Below the pieces are notes generated by a model, which ran no database searches, was not told the origin of the DNA, and saw only the letters and a list, made by a program, of their open reading frames with translations. Both the position numbers and the translations under genes were made by a program. This document shows positions 43,201-55,200 of a DNA stretch of 64,000 nt, piece by piece. Source of the DNA: Naegleria gruberi (lineage: Eukaryota); the NCBI GenBank assembly GCA_000004985.1, contig GG738915.1. One strand, 5' to 3'. Every line of letters begins with the position of its first letter. The first letter of the stretch is position 1.

Positions 43201-46200
43201 NNNNNNNNNNNNNNNNNNNNNNNNNNNNNNNNNNNNNNNNNNNNNNNNNNNNNNNNNNNNNNNNNNNNNNNNNNNNNNNNNNNNNNNNNNNNNNNNNNNN
43301 NNNNNNNNNNNNNNNNNNNNNNNNNNNNNNNNNNNNNNNNNNNNNNNNNNNNNNNNNNNNNNNNNNNNNNNNNNNNNNNNNNNNNNNNNNNNNNNNNNNN
43401 NNNNNNNNNNNNNNNNNNNNNNNNNNNNNNNNNNNNNNNNNNNNNNNNNNNNNNNNNNNNNNNNNNNNNNNNNNNNNNNNNNNNNNNNNNNNNNNNNNNN
43501 NNNNNNNNNNNNNNNNNNNNNNNNNNNNNNNNNNNNNNNNNNNNNNNNNNNNNNNNNNNNNNNNNNNNNNNNNNNNNNNNNNNNNNNNNNNNNNNNNNNN
43601 NNNNNNNNNNNNNNNNNNNNNNNNNNNNNNNNNNNNNNNNNNNNNNNNNNNNNNNNNNNNNNNNNNNNNNNNNNNNNNNNNNNNNNNNNNNNNNNNNNNN
43701 NNNNNNNNNNNNNNNNNNNNNNNNNNNNNNNNNNNNNNNNNNNNNNNNNNNNNNNNNNNNNNNNNNNNNNNNNNNNNNNNNNNNNNNNNNNNNNNNNNNN
43801 NNNNNNNNNNNNNNNNNNNNNNNNNNNNNNNNNNNNNNNNNNNNNNNNNNNNNNNNNNNNNNNNNNNNNNNNNNNNNNNNNNNNNNNNNNNNNNNNNNNN
43901 NNNNNNNNNNNNNNNNNNNNNNNNNNNNNNNNNNNNNNNNNNNNNNNNNNNNNNNNNNNNNNNNNNNNNNNNNNNNNNNNNNNNNNNNNNNNNNNNNNNN
44001 NNNNNNNNNNNNNNNNNNNNNNNNNNNNNNNNNNNNNNNNNNNNNNNNNNNNNNNNNNNNNNNNNNNNNNNNNNNNNNNNNNNNNNNNNNNNNNNNNNNN
44101 NNNNNNNNNNNNNNNNNNNNNNNNNNNNNNNNNNNNNNNNNNNNNNNNNNNNNNNNNNNNNNNNNNNNNNNNNNNNNNNNNNNNNNNNNNNNNNNNNNNN
44201 NNNNNNNNNNNNNNNNNNNNNNNNNNNNNNNNNNNNNNNNNNNNNNNNNNNNNNNNNNNNNNNNNNNNNNNNNNNNNNNNNNNNNNNNNNNNNNNNNNNN
44301 NNNNNNNNNNNNNNNNNNNNNNNNNNNNNNNNNNNNNNNNNNNNNNNNNNNNNNNNNNNNNNNNNNNNNNNNNNNNNNNNNNNNNNNNNNNNNNNNNNNN
44401 NNNNNNNNNNNNNNNNNNNNNNNNNNNNNNNNNNNNNNNNNNNNNNNNNNNNNNNNNNNNNNNNNNNNNNNNNNNNNNNNNNNNNNNNNNNNNNNNNNNN
44501 NNNNNNNNNNNNNNNNNNNNNNNNNNNNNNNNNNNNNNNNNNNNNNNNNNNNNNNNNNNNNNNNNNNNNNNNNNNNNNNNNNNNNNNNNNNNNNNNNNNN
44601 NNNNNNNNNNNNNNNNNNNNNNNNNNNNNNNNNNNNNNNNNNNNNNNNNNNNNNNNNNNNNNNNNNNNNNNNNNNNNNNNNNNNNNNNNNNNNNNNNNNN
44701 NNNNNNNNNNNNNNNNNNNNNNNNNNNNNNNNNNNNNNNNNNNNNNNNNNNNNNNNNNNNNNNNNNNNNNNNNNNNNNNNNNNNNNNNNNNNNNNNNNNN
44801 NNNNNNNNNNNNNNNNNNNNNNNNNNNNNNNNNNNNNNNNNNNNNNNNNNNNNNNNNNNNNNNNNNNNNNNNNNNNNNNNNNNNNNNNNNNNNNNNNNNN
44901 NNNNNNNNNNNNNNNNNNNNNNNNNNNNNNNNNNNNNNNNNNNNNNNNNNNNNNNNNNNNNNNNNNNNNNNNNNNNNNNNNNNNNNNNNNNNNNNNNNNN
45001 NNNNNNNNNNNNNNNNNNNNNNNNNNNNNNNNNNNNNNNNNNNNNNNNNNNNNNNNNNNNNNNNNNNNNNNNNNNNNNNNNNNNNNNNNNNNNNNNNNNN
45101 NNNNNNNNNNNNNNNNNNNNNNNNNNNNNNNNNNNNNNNNNNNNNNNNNNNNNNNNNNNNNNNNNNNNNNNNNNNNNNNNNNNNNNNNNNNNNNNNNNNN
45201 NNNNNNNNNNNNNNNNNNNNNNNNNNNNNNNNNNNNNNNNNNNNNNNNNNNNNNNNNNNNNNNNNNNNNNNNNNNNNNNNNNNNNNNNNNNNNNNNNNNN
45301 NNNNNNNNNNNNNNNNNNNNNNNNNNNNNNNNNNNNNNNNNNNNNNNNNNNNNNNNNNNNNNNNNNNNNNNNNNNNNNNNNNNNNNNNNNNNNNNNNNNN
45401 NNNNNNNNNNNNNNNNNNNNNNNNNNNNNNNNNNNNNNNNNNNNNNNNNNNNNNNNNNNNNNNNNNNNNNNNNNNNNNNNNNNNNNNNNNNNNNNNNNNN
45501 NNNNNNNNNNNNNNNNNNNNNNNNNNNNNNNNNNNNNNNNNNNNNNNNNNNNNNNNNNNNNNNNNNNNNNNNNNNNNNNNNNNNNNNNNNNNNNNNNNNN
45601 NNNNNNNNNNNNNNNNNNNNNNNNNNNNNNNNNNNNNNNNNNNNNNNNNNNNNNNNNNNNNNNNNNNNNNNNNNNNNNNNNNNNNNNNNNNNNNNNNNNN
45701 NNNNNNNNNNNNNNNNNNNNNNNNNNNNNNNNNNNNNNNNNNNNNNNNNNNNNNNNNNNNNNNNNNNNNNNNNNNNNNNNNNNNNNNNNNNNNNNNNNNN
45801 NNNNNNNNNNNNNNNNNNNNNNNNNNNNNNNNNNNNNNNNNNNNNNNNNNNNNNNNNNNNNNNNNNNNNNNNNNNNNNNNNNNNNNNNNNNNNNNNNNNN
45901 NNNNNNNNNNNNNNNNNNNNNNNNNNNNNNNNNNNNNNNNNNNNNNNNNNNNNNNNNNNNNNNNNNNNNNNNNNNNNNNNNNNNNNNNNNNNNNNNNNNN
46001 NNNNNNNNNNNNNNNNNNNNNNNNNNNNNNNNNNNNNNNNNNNNNNNNNNNNNNNNNNNNNNNNNNNNNNNNNNNNNNNNNNNNNNNNNNNNNNNNNNNN
46101 NNNNNNNNNNNNNNNNNNNNNNNNNNNNNNNNNNNNNNNNNNNNNNNNNNNNNNNNNNNNNNNNNNNNNNNNNNNNNNNNNNNNNNNNNNNNNNNNNNNN

Positions 46201-49200
46201 NNNNNNNNNNNNNNNNNNNNNNNNNNNNNNNNNNNNNNNNNNNNNNNNNNNNNNNNNNNNNNNNNNNNNNNNNNNNNNNNNNNNNNNNNNNNNNNNNNNN
46301 NNNNNNNNNNNNNNNNNNNNNNNNNNNNNNNNNNNNNNNNNNNNNNNNNNNNNNNNNNNNNNNNNNNNNNNNNNNNNNNNNNNNNNNNNNNNNNNNNNNN
46401 NNNNNNNNNNNNNNNNNNNNNNNNNNNNNNNNNNNNNNNNNNNNNNNNNNNNNNNNNNNNNNNNNNNNNNNNNNNNNNNNNNNNNNNNNNNNNNNNNNNN
46501 NNNNNNNNNNNNNNNNNNNNNNNNNNNNNNNNNNNNNNNNNNNNNNNNNNNNNNNNNNNNNNNNNNNNNNNNNNNNNNNNNNNNNNNNNNNNNNNNNNNN
46601 NNNNNNNNNNNNNNNNNNNNNNNNNNNNNNNNNNNNNNNNNNNNNNNNNNNNNNNNNNNNNNNNNNNNNNNNNNNNNNNNNNNNNNNNNNNNNNNNNNNN
46701 NNNNNNNNNNNNNNNNNNNNNNNNNNNNNNNNNNNNNNNNNNNNNNNNNNNNNNNNNNNNNNNNNNNNNNNNNNNNNNNNNNNNNNNNNNNNNNNNNNNN
46801 NNNNNNNNNNNNNNNNNNNNNNNNNNNNNNNNNNNNNNNNNNNNNNNNNNNNNNNNNNNNNNNNNNNNNNNNNNNNNNNNNNNNNNNNNNNNNNNNNNNN
46901 NNNNNNNNNNNNNNNNNNNNNNNNNNNNNNNNNNNNNNNNNNNNNNNNNNNNNNNNNNNNNNNNNNNNNNNNNNNNNNNNNNNNNNNNNNNNNNNNNNNN
47001 NNNNNNNNNNNNNNNNNNNNNNNNNNNNNNNNNNNNNNNNNNNNNNNNNNNNNNNNNNNNNNNNNNNNNNNNNNNNNNNNNNNNNNNNNNNNNNNNNNNN
47101 NNNNNNNNNNNNNNNNNNNNNNNNNNNNNNNNNNNNNNNNNNNNNNNNNNNNNNNNNNNNNNNNNNNNNNNNNNNNNNNNNNNNNNNNNNNNNNNNNNNN
47201 NNNNNNNNNNNNNNNNNNNNNNNNNNNNNNNNNNNNNNNNNNNNNNNNNNNNNNNNNNNNNNNNNNNNNNNNNNNNNNNNNNNNNNNNNNNNNNNNNNNN
47301 NNNNNNNNNNNNNNNNNNNNNNNNNNNNNNNNNNNNNNNNNNNNNNNNNNNNNNNNNNNNNNNNNNNNNNNNNNNNNNNNNNNNNNNNNNNNNNNNNNNN
47401 NNNNNNNNNNNNNNNNNNNNNNNNNNNNNNNNNNNNNNNNNNNNNNNNNNNNNNNNNNNNNNNNNNNNNNNNNNNNNNNNNNNNNNNNNNNNNNNNNNNN
47501 NNNNNNNNNNNNNNNNNNNNNNNNNNNNNNNNNNNNNNNNNNNNNNNNNNNNNNNNNNNNNNNNNNNNNNNNNNNNNNNNNNNNNNNNNNNNNNNNNNNN
47601 NNNNNNNNNNNNNNNNNNNNNNNNNNNNNNNNNNNNNNNNNNNNNNNNNNNNNNNNNNNNNNNNNNNNNNNNNNNNNNNNNNNNNNNNNNNNNNNNNNNN
47701 NNNNNNNNNNNNNNNNNNNNNNNNNNNNNNNNNNNNNNNNNNNNNNNNNNNNNNNNNNNNNNNNNNNNNNNNNNNNNNNNNNNNNNNNNNNNNNNNNNNN
47801 NNNNNNNNNNNNNNNNNNNNNNNNNNNNNNNNNNNNNNNNNNNNNNNNNNNNNNNNNNNNNNNNNNNNNNNNNNNNNNNNNNNNNNNNNNNNNNNNNNNN
47901 NNNNNNNNNNNNNNNNNNNNNNNNNNNNNNNNNNNNNNNNNNNNNNNNNNNNNNNNNNNNNNNNNNNNNNNNNNNNNNNNNNNNNNNNNNNNNNNNNNNN
48001 NNNNNNNNNNNNNNNNNNNNNNNNNNNNNNNNNNNNNNNNNNNNNNNNNNNNNNNNNNNNNNNNNNNNNNNNNNNNNNNNNNNNNNNNNNNNNNNNNNNN
48101 NNNNNNNNNNNNNNNNNNNNNNNNNNNNNNNNNNNNNNNNNNNNNNNNNNNNNNNNNNNNNNNNNNNNNNNNNNNNNNNNNNNNNNNNNNNNNNNNNNNN
48201 NNNNNNNNNNNNNNNNNNNNNNNNNNNNNNNNNNNNNNNNNNNNNNNNNNNNNNNNNNNNNNNNNNNNNNNNNNNNNNNNNNNNNNNNNNNNNNNNNNNN
48301 NNNNNNNNNNNNNNNNNNNNNNNNNNNNNNNNNNNNNNNNNNNNNNNNNNNNNNNNNNNNNNNNNNNNNNNNNNNNNNNNNNNNNNNNNNNNNNNNNNNN
48401 NNNNNNNNNNNNNNNNNNNNNNNNNNNNNNNNNNNNNNNNNNNNNNNNNNNNNNNNNNNNNNNNNNNNNNNNNNNNNNNNNNNNNNNNNNNNNNNNNNNN
48501 NNNNNNNNNNNNNNNNNNNNNNNNNNNNNNNNNNNNNNNNNNNNNNNNNNNNNNNNNNNNNNNNNNNNNNNNNNNNNNNNNNNNNNNNNNNNNNNNNNNN
48601 NNNNNNNNNNNNNNNNNNNNNNNNNNNNNNNNNNNNNNNNNNNNNNNNNNNNNNNNNNNNNNNNNNNNNNNNNNNNNNNNNNNNNNNNNNNNNNNNNNNN
48701 NNNNNNNNNNNNNNNNNNNNNNNNNNNNNNNNNNNNNNNNNNNNNNNNNNNNNNNNNNNNNNNNNNNNNNNNNNNNNNNNNNNNNNNNNNNNNNNNNNNN
48801 NNNNNNNNNNNNNNNNNNNNNNNNNNNNNNNNNNNNNNNNNNNNNNNNNNNNNNNNNNNNNNNNNNNNNNNNNNNNNNNNNNNNNNNNNNNNNNNNNNNN
48901 NNNNNNNNNNNNNNNNNNNNNNNNNNNNNNNNNNNNNNNNNNNNNNNNNNNNNNNNNNNNNNNNNNNNNNNNNNNNNNNNNNNNNNNNNNNNNNNNNNNN
49001 NNNNNNNNNNNNNNNNNNNNNNNNNNNNNNNNNNNNNNNNNNNNNNNNNNNNNNNNNNNNNNNNNNNNNNNNNNNNNNNNNNNNNNNNNNNNNNNNNNNN
49101 NNNNNNNNNNNNNNNNNNNNNNNNNNNNNNNNNNNNNNNNNNNNNNNNNNNNNNNNNNNNNNNNNNNNNNNNNNNNNNNNNNNNNNNNNNNNNNNNNNNN

Positions 49201-52200
49201 NNNNNNNNNNNNNNNNNNNNNNNNNNNNNNNNNNNNNNNNNNNNNNNNNNNNNNNNNNNNNNNNNNNNNNNNNNNNNNNNNNNNNNNNNNNNNNNNNNNN
49301 NNNNNNNNNNNNNNNNNNNNNNNNNNNNNNNNNNNNNNNNNNNNNNNNNNNNNNNNNNNNNNNNNNNNNNNNNNNNNNNNNNNNNNNNNNNNNNNNNNNN
49401 NNNNNNNNNNNNNNNNNNNNNNNNNNNNNNNNNNNNNNNNNNNNNNNNNNNNNNNNNNNNNNNNNNNNNNNNNNNNNNNNNNNNNNNNNNNNNNNNNNNN
49501 NNNNNNNNNNNNNNNNNNNNNNNNNNNNNNNNNNNNNNNNNNNNNNNNNNNNNNNNNNNNNNNNNNNNNNNNNNNNNNNNNNNNNNNNNNNNNNNNNNNN
49601 NNNNNNNNNNNNNNNNNNNNNNNNNNNNNNNNNNNNNNNNNNNNNNNNNNNNNNNNNNNNNNNNNNNNNNNNNNNNNNNNNNNNNNNNNNNNNNNNNNNN
49701 NNNNNNNNNNNNNNNNNNNNNNNNNNNNNNNNNNNNNNNNNNNNNNNNNNNNNNNNNNNNNNNNNNNNNNNNNNNNNNNNNNNNNNNNNNNNNNNNNNNN
49801 NNNNNNNNNNNNNNNNNNNNNNNNNNNNNNNNNNNNNNNNNNNNNNNNNNNNNNNNNNNNNNNNNNNNNNNNNNNNNNNNNNNNNNNNNNNNNNNNNNNN
49901 NNNNNNNNNNNNNNNNNNNNNNNNNNNNNNNNNNNNNNNNNNNNNNNNNNNNNNNNNNNNNNNNNNNNNNNNNNNNNNNNNNNNNNNNNNNNNNNNNNNN
50001 NNNNNNNNNNNNNNNNNNNNNNNNNNNNNNNNNNNNNNNNNNNNNNNNNNNNNNNNNNNNNNNNNNNNNNNNNNNNNNNNNNNNNNNNNNNNNNNNNNNN
50101 NNNNNNNNNNNNNNNNNNNNNNNNNNNNNNNNNNNNNNNNNNNNNNNNNNNNNNNNNNNNNNNNNNNNNNNNNNNNNNNNNNNNNNNNNNNNNNNNNNNN
50201 NNNNNNNNNNNNNNNNNNNNNNNNNNNNNNNNNNNNNNNNNNNNNNNNNNNNNNNNNNNNNNNNNNNNNNNNNNNNNNNNNNNNNNNNNNNNNNNNNNNN
50301 NNNNNNNNNNNNNNNNNNNNNNNNNNNNNNNNNNNNNNNNNNNNNNNNNNNNNNNNNNNNNNNNNNNNNNNNNNNNNNNNNNNNNNNNNNNNNNNNNNNN
50401 NNNNNNNNNNNNNNNNNNNNNNNNNNNNNNNNNNNNNNNNNNNNNNNNNNNNNNNNNNNNNNNNNNNNNNNNNNNNNNNNNNNNNNNNNNNNNNNNNNNN
50501 NNNNNNNNNNNNNNNNNNNNNNNNNNNNNNNNNNNNNNNNNNNNNNNNNNNNNNNNNNNNNNNNNNNNNNNNNNNNNNNNNNNNNNNNNNNNNNNNNNNN
50601 NNNNNNNNNNNNNNNNNNNNNNNNNNNNNNNNNNNNNNNNNNNNNNNNNNNNNNNNNNNNNNNNNNNNNNNNNNNNNNNNNNNNNNNNNNNNNNNNNNNN
50701 NNNNNNNNNNNNNNNNNNNNNNNNNNNNNNNNNNNNNNNNNNNNNNNNNNNNNNNNNNNNNNNNNNNNNNNNNNNNNNNNNNNNNNNNNNNNNNNNNNNN
50801 NNNNNNNNNNNNNNNNNNNNNNNNNNNNNNNNNNNNNNNNNNNNNNNNNNNNNNNNNNNNNNNNNNNNNNNNNNNNNNNNNNNNNNNNNNNNNNNNNNNN
50901 NNNNNNNNNNNNNNNNNNNNNNNNNNNNNNNNNNNNNNNNNNNNNNNNNNNNNNNNNNNNNNNNNNNNNNNNNNNNNNNNNNNNNNNNNNNNNNNNNNNN
51001 NNNNNNNNNNNNNNNNNNNNNNNNNNNNNNNNNNNNNNNNNNNNNNNNNNNNNNNNNNNNNNNNNNNNNNNNNNNNNNNNNNNNNNNNNNNNNNNNNNNN
51101 NNNNNNNNNNNNNNNNNNNNNNNNNNNNNNNNNNNNNNNNNNNNNNNNNNNNNNNNNNNNNNNNNNNNNNNNNNNNNNNNNNNNNNNNNNNNNNNNNNNN
51201 NNNNNNNNNNNNNNNNNNNNNNNNNNNNNNNNNNNNNNNNNNNNNNNNNNNNNNNNNNNNNNNNNNNNNNNNNNNNNNNNNNNNNNNNNNNNNNNNNNNN
51301 NNNNNNNNNNNNNNNNNNNNNNNNNNNNNNNNNNNNNNNNNNNNNNNNNNNNNNNNNNNNNNNNNNNNNNNNNNNNNNNNNNNNNNNNNNNNNNNNNNNN
51401 NNNNNNNNNNNNNNNNNNNNNNNNNNNNNNNNNNNNNNNNNNNNNNNNNNNNNNNNNNNNNNNNNNNNNNNNNNNNNNNNNNNNNNNNNNNNNNNNNNNN
51501 NNNNNNNNNNNNNNNNNNNNNNNNNNNNNNNNNNNNNNNNNNNNNNNNNNNNNNNNNNNNNNNNNNNNNNNNNNNNNNNNNNNNNNNNNNNNNNNNNNNN
51601 NNNNNNNNNNNNNNNNNNNNNNNNNNNNNNNNNNNNNNNNNNNNNNNNNNNNNNNNNNNNNNNNNNNNNNNNNNNNNNNNNNNNNNNNNNNNNNNNNNNN
51701 NNNNNNNNNNNNNNNNNNNNNNNNNNNNNNNNNNNNNNNNNNNNNNNNNNNNNNNNNNNNNNNNNNNNNNNNNNNNNNNNNNNNNNNNNNNNNNNNNNNN
51801 NNNNNNNNNNNNNNNNNNNNNNNNNNNNNNNNNNNNNNNNNNNNNNNNNNNNNNNNNNNNNNNNNNNNNNNNNNNNNNNNNNNNNNNNNNNNNNNNNNNN
51901 NNNNNNNNNNNNNNNNNNNNNNNNNNNNNNNNNNNNNNNNNNNNNNNNNNNNNNNNNNNNNNNNNNNNNNNNNNNNNNNNNNNNNNNNNNNNNNNNNNNN
52001 NNNNNNNNNNNNNNNNNNNNNNNNNNNNNNNNNNNNNNNNNNNNNNNNNNNNNNNNNNNNNNNNNNNNNNNNNNNNNNNNNNNNNNNNNNNNNNNNNNNN
52101 NNNNNNNNNNNNNNNNNNNNNNNNNNNNNNNNNNNNNNNNNNNNNNNNNNNNNNNNNNNNNNNNNNNNNNNNNNNNNNNNNNNNNNNNNNNNNNNNNNNN

Positions 52201-55200
52201 NNNNNNNNNNNNNNNNNNNNNNNNNNNNNNNNNNNNNNNNNNNNNNNNNNNNNNNNNNNNNNNNNNNNNNNNNNNNNNNNNNNNNNNNNNNNNNNNNNNN
52301 NNNNNNNNNNNNNNNNNNNNNNNNNNNNNNNNNNNNNNNNNNNNNNNNNNNNNNNNNNNNNNNNNNNNNNNNNNNNNNNNNNNNNNNNNNNNNNNNNNNN
52401 NNNNNNNNNNNNNNNNNNNNNNNNNNNNNNNNNNNNNNNNNNNNNNNNNNNNNNNNNNNNNNNNNNNNNNNNNNNNNNNNNNNNNNNNNNNNNNNNNNNN
52501 NNNNNNNNNNNNNNNNNNNNNNNNNNNNNNNNNNNNNNNNNNNNNNNNNNNNNNNNNNNNNNNNNNNNNNNNNNNNNNNNNNNNNNNNNNNNNNNNNNNN
52601 NNNNNNNNNNNNNNNNNNNNNNNNNNNNNNNNNNNNNNNNNNNNNNNNNNNNNNNNNNNNNNNNNNNNNNNNNNNNNNNNNNNNNNNNNNNNNNNNNNNN
52701 NNNNNNNNNNNNNNNNNNNNNNNNNNNNNNNNNNNNNNNNNNNNNNNNNNNNNNNNNNNNNNNNNNNNNNNNNNNNNNNNNNNNNNNNNNNNNNNNNNNN
52801 NNNNNNNNNNNNNNNNNNNNNNNNNNNNNNNNNNNNNNNNNNNNNNNNNNNNNNNNNNNNNNNNNNNNNNNNNNNNNNNNNNNNNNNNNNNNNNNNNNNN
52901 NNNNNNNNNNNNNNNNNNNNNNNNNNNNNNNNNNNNNNNNNNNNNNNNNNNNNNNNNNNNNNNNNNNNNNNNNNNNNNNNNNNNNNNNNNNNNNNNNNNN
53001 NNNNNNNNNNNNNNNNNNNNNNNNNNNNNNNNNNNNNNNNNNNNNNNNNNNNNNNNNNNNNNNNNNNNNNNNNNNNNNNNNNNNNNNNNNNNNNNNNNNN
53101 NNNNNNNNNNNNNNNNNNNNNNNNNNNNNNNNNNNNNNNNNNNNNNNNNNNNNNNNNNNNNNNNNNNNNNNNNNNNNNNNNNNNNNNNNNNNNNNNNNNN
53201 NNNNNNNNNNNNNNNNNNNNNNNNNNNNNNNNNNNNNNNNNNNNNNNNNNNNNNNNNNNNNNNNNNNNNNNNNNNNNNNNNNNNNNNNNNNNNNNNNNNN
53301 NNNNNNNNNNNNNNNNNNNNNNNNNNNNNNNNNNNNNNNNNNNNNNNNNNNNNNNNNNNNNNNNNNNNNNNNNNNNNNNNNNNNNNNNNNNNNNNNNNNN
53401 NNNNNNNNNNNNNNNNNNNNNNNNNNNNNNNNNNNNNNNNNNNNNNNNNNNNNNNNNNNNNNNNNNNNNNNNNNNNNNNNNNNNNNNNNNNNNNNNNNNN
53501 NNNNNNNNNNNNNNNNNNNNNNNNNNNNNNNNNNNNNNNNNNNNNNNNNNNNNNNNNNNNNNNNNNNNNNNNNNNNNNNNNNNNNNNNNNNNNNNNNNNN
53601 NNNNNNNNNNNNNNNNNNNNNNNNNNNNNNNNNNNNNNNNNNNNNNNNNNNNNNNNNNNNNNNNNNNNNNNNNNNNNNNNNNNNNNNNNNNNNNNNNNNN
53701 NNNNNNNNNNNNNNNNNNNNNNNNNNNNNNNNNNNNNNNNNNNNNNNNNNNNNNNNNNNNNNNNNNNNNNNNNNNNNNNNNNNNNNNNNNNNNNNNNNNN
53801 NNNNNNNNNNNNNNNNNNNNNNNNNNNNNNNNNNNNNNNNNNNNNNNNNNNNNNNNNNNNNNNNNNNNNNNNNNNNNNNNNNNNNNNNNNNNNNNNNNNN
53901 NNNNNNNNNNNNNNNNNNNNNNNNNNNNNNNNNNNNNNNNNNNNNNNNNNNNNNNNNNNNNNNNNNNNNNNNNNNNNNNNNNNNNNNNNNNNNNNNNNNN
54001 NNNNNNNNNNNNNNNNNNNNNNNNNNNNNNNNNNNNNNNNNNNNNNNNNNNNNNNNNNNNNNNNNNNNNNNNNNNNNNNNNNNNNNNNNNNNNNNNNNNN
54101 NNNNNNNNNNNNNNNNNNNNNNNNNNNNNNNNNNNNNNNNNNNNNNNNNNNNNNNNNNNNNNNNNNNNNNNNNNNNNNNNNNNNNNNNNNNNNNNNNNNN
54201 NNNNNNNNNNNNNNNNNNNNNNNNNNNNNNNNNNNNNNNNNNNNNNNNNNNNNNNNNNNNNNNNNNNNNNNNNNNNNNNNNNNNNNNNNNNNNNNNNNNN
54301 NNNNNNNNNNNNNNNNNNNNNNNNNNNNNNNNNNNNNNNNNNNNNNNNNNNNNNNNNNNNNNNNNNNNNNNNNNNNNNNNNNNNNNNNNNNNNNNNNNNN
54401 NNNNNNNNNNNNNNNNNNNNNNNNNNNNNNNNNNNNNNNNNNNNNNNNNNNNNNNNNNNNNNNNNNNNNNNNNNNNNNNNNNNNNNNNNNNNNNNNNNNN
54501 NNNNNNNNNNNNNNNNNNNNNNNNNNNNNNNNNNNNNNNNNNNNNNNNNNNNNNNNNNNNNNNNNNNNNNNNNNNNNNNNNNNNNNNNNNNNNNNNNNNN
54601 NNNNNNNNNNNNNNNNNNNNNNNNNNNNNNNNNNNNNNNNNNNNNNNNNNNNNNNNNNNNNNNNNNNNNNNNNNNNNNNNNNNNNNNNNNNNNNNNNNNN
54701 NNNNNNNNNNNNNNNNNNNNNNNNNNNNNNNNNNNNNNNNNNNNNNNNNNNNNNNNNNNNNNNNNNNNNNNNNNNNNNNNNNNNNNNNNNNNNNNNNNNN
54801 NNNNNNNNNNNNNNNNNNNNNNNNNNNNNNNNNNNNNNNNNNNNNNNNNNNNNNNNNNNNNNNNNNNNNNNNNNNNNNNNNNNNNNNNNNNNNNNNNNNN
54901 NNNNNNNNNNNNNNNNNNNNNNNNNNNNNNNNNNNNNNNNNNNNNNNNNNNNNNNNNNNNNNNNNNNNNNNNNNNNNNNNNNNNNNNNNNNNNNNNNNNN
55001 NNNNNNNNNNNNNNNNNNNNNNNNNNNNNNNNNNNNNNNNNNNNNNNNNNNNNNNNNNNNNNNNNNNNNNNNNNNNNNNNNNNNNNNNNNNNNNNNNNNN
55101 NNNNNNNNNNNNNNNNNNNNNNNNNNNNNNNNNNNNNNNNNNNNNNNNNNNNNNNNNNNNNNNNNNNNNNNNNNNNNNNNNNNNNNNNNNNNNNNNNNNN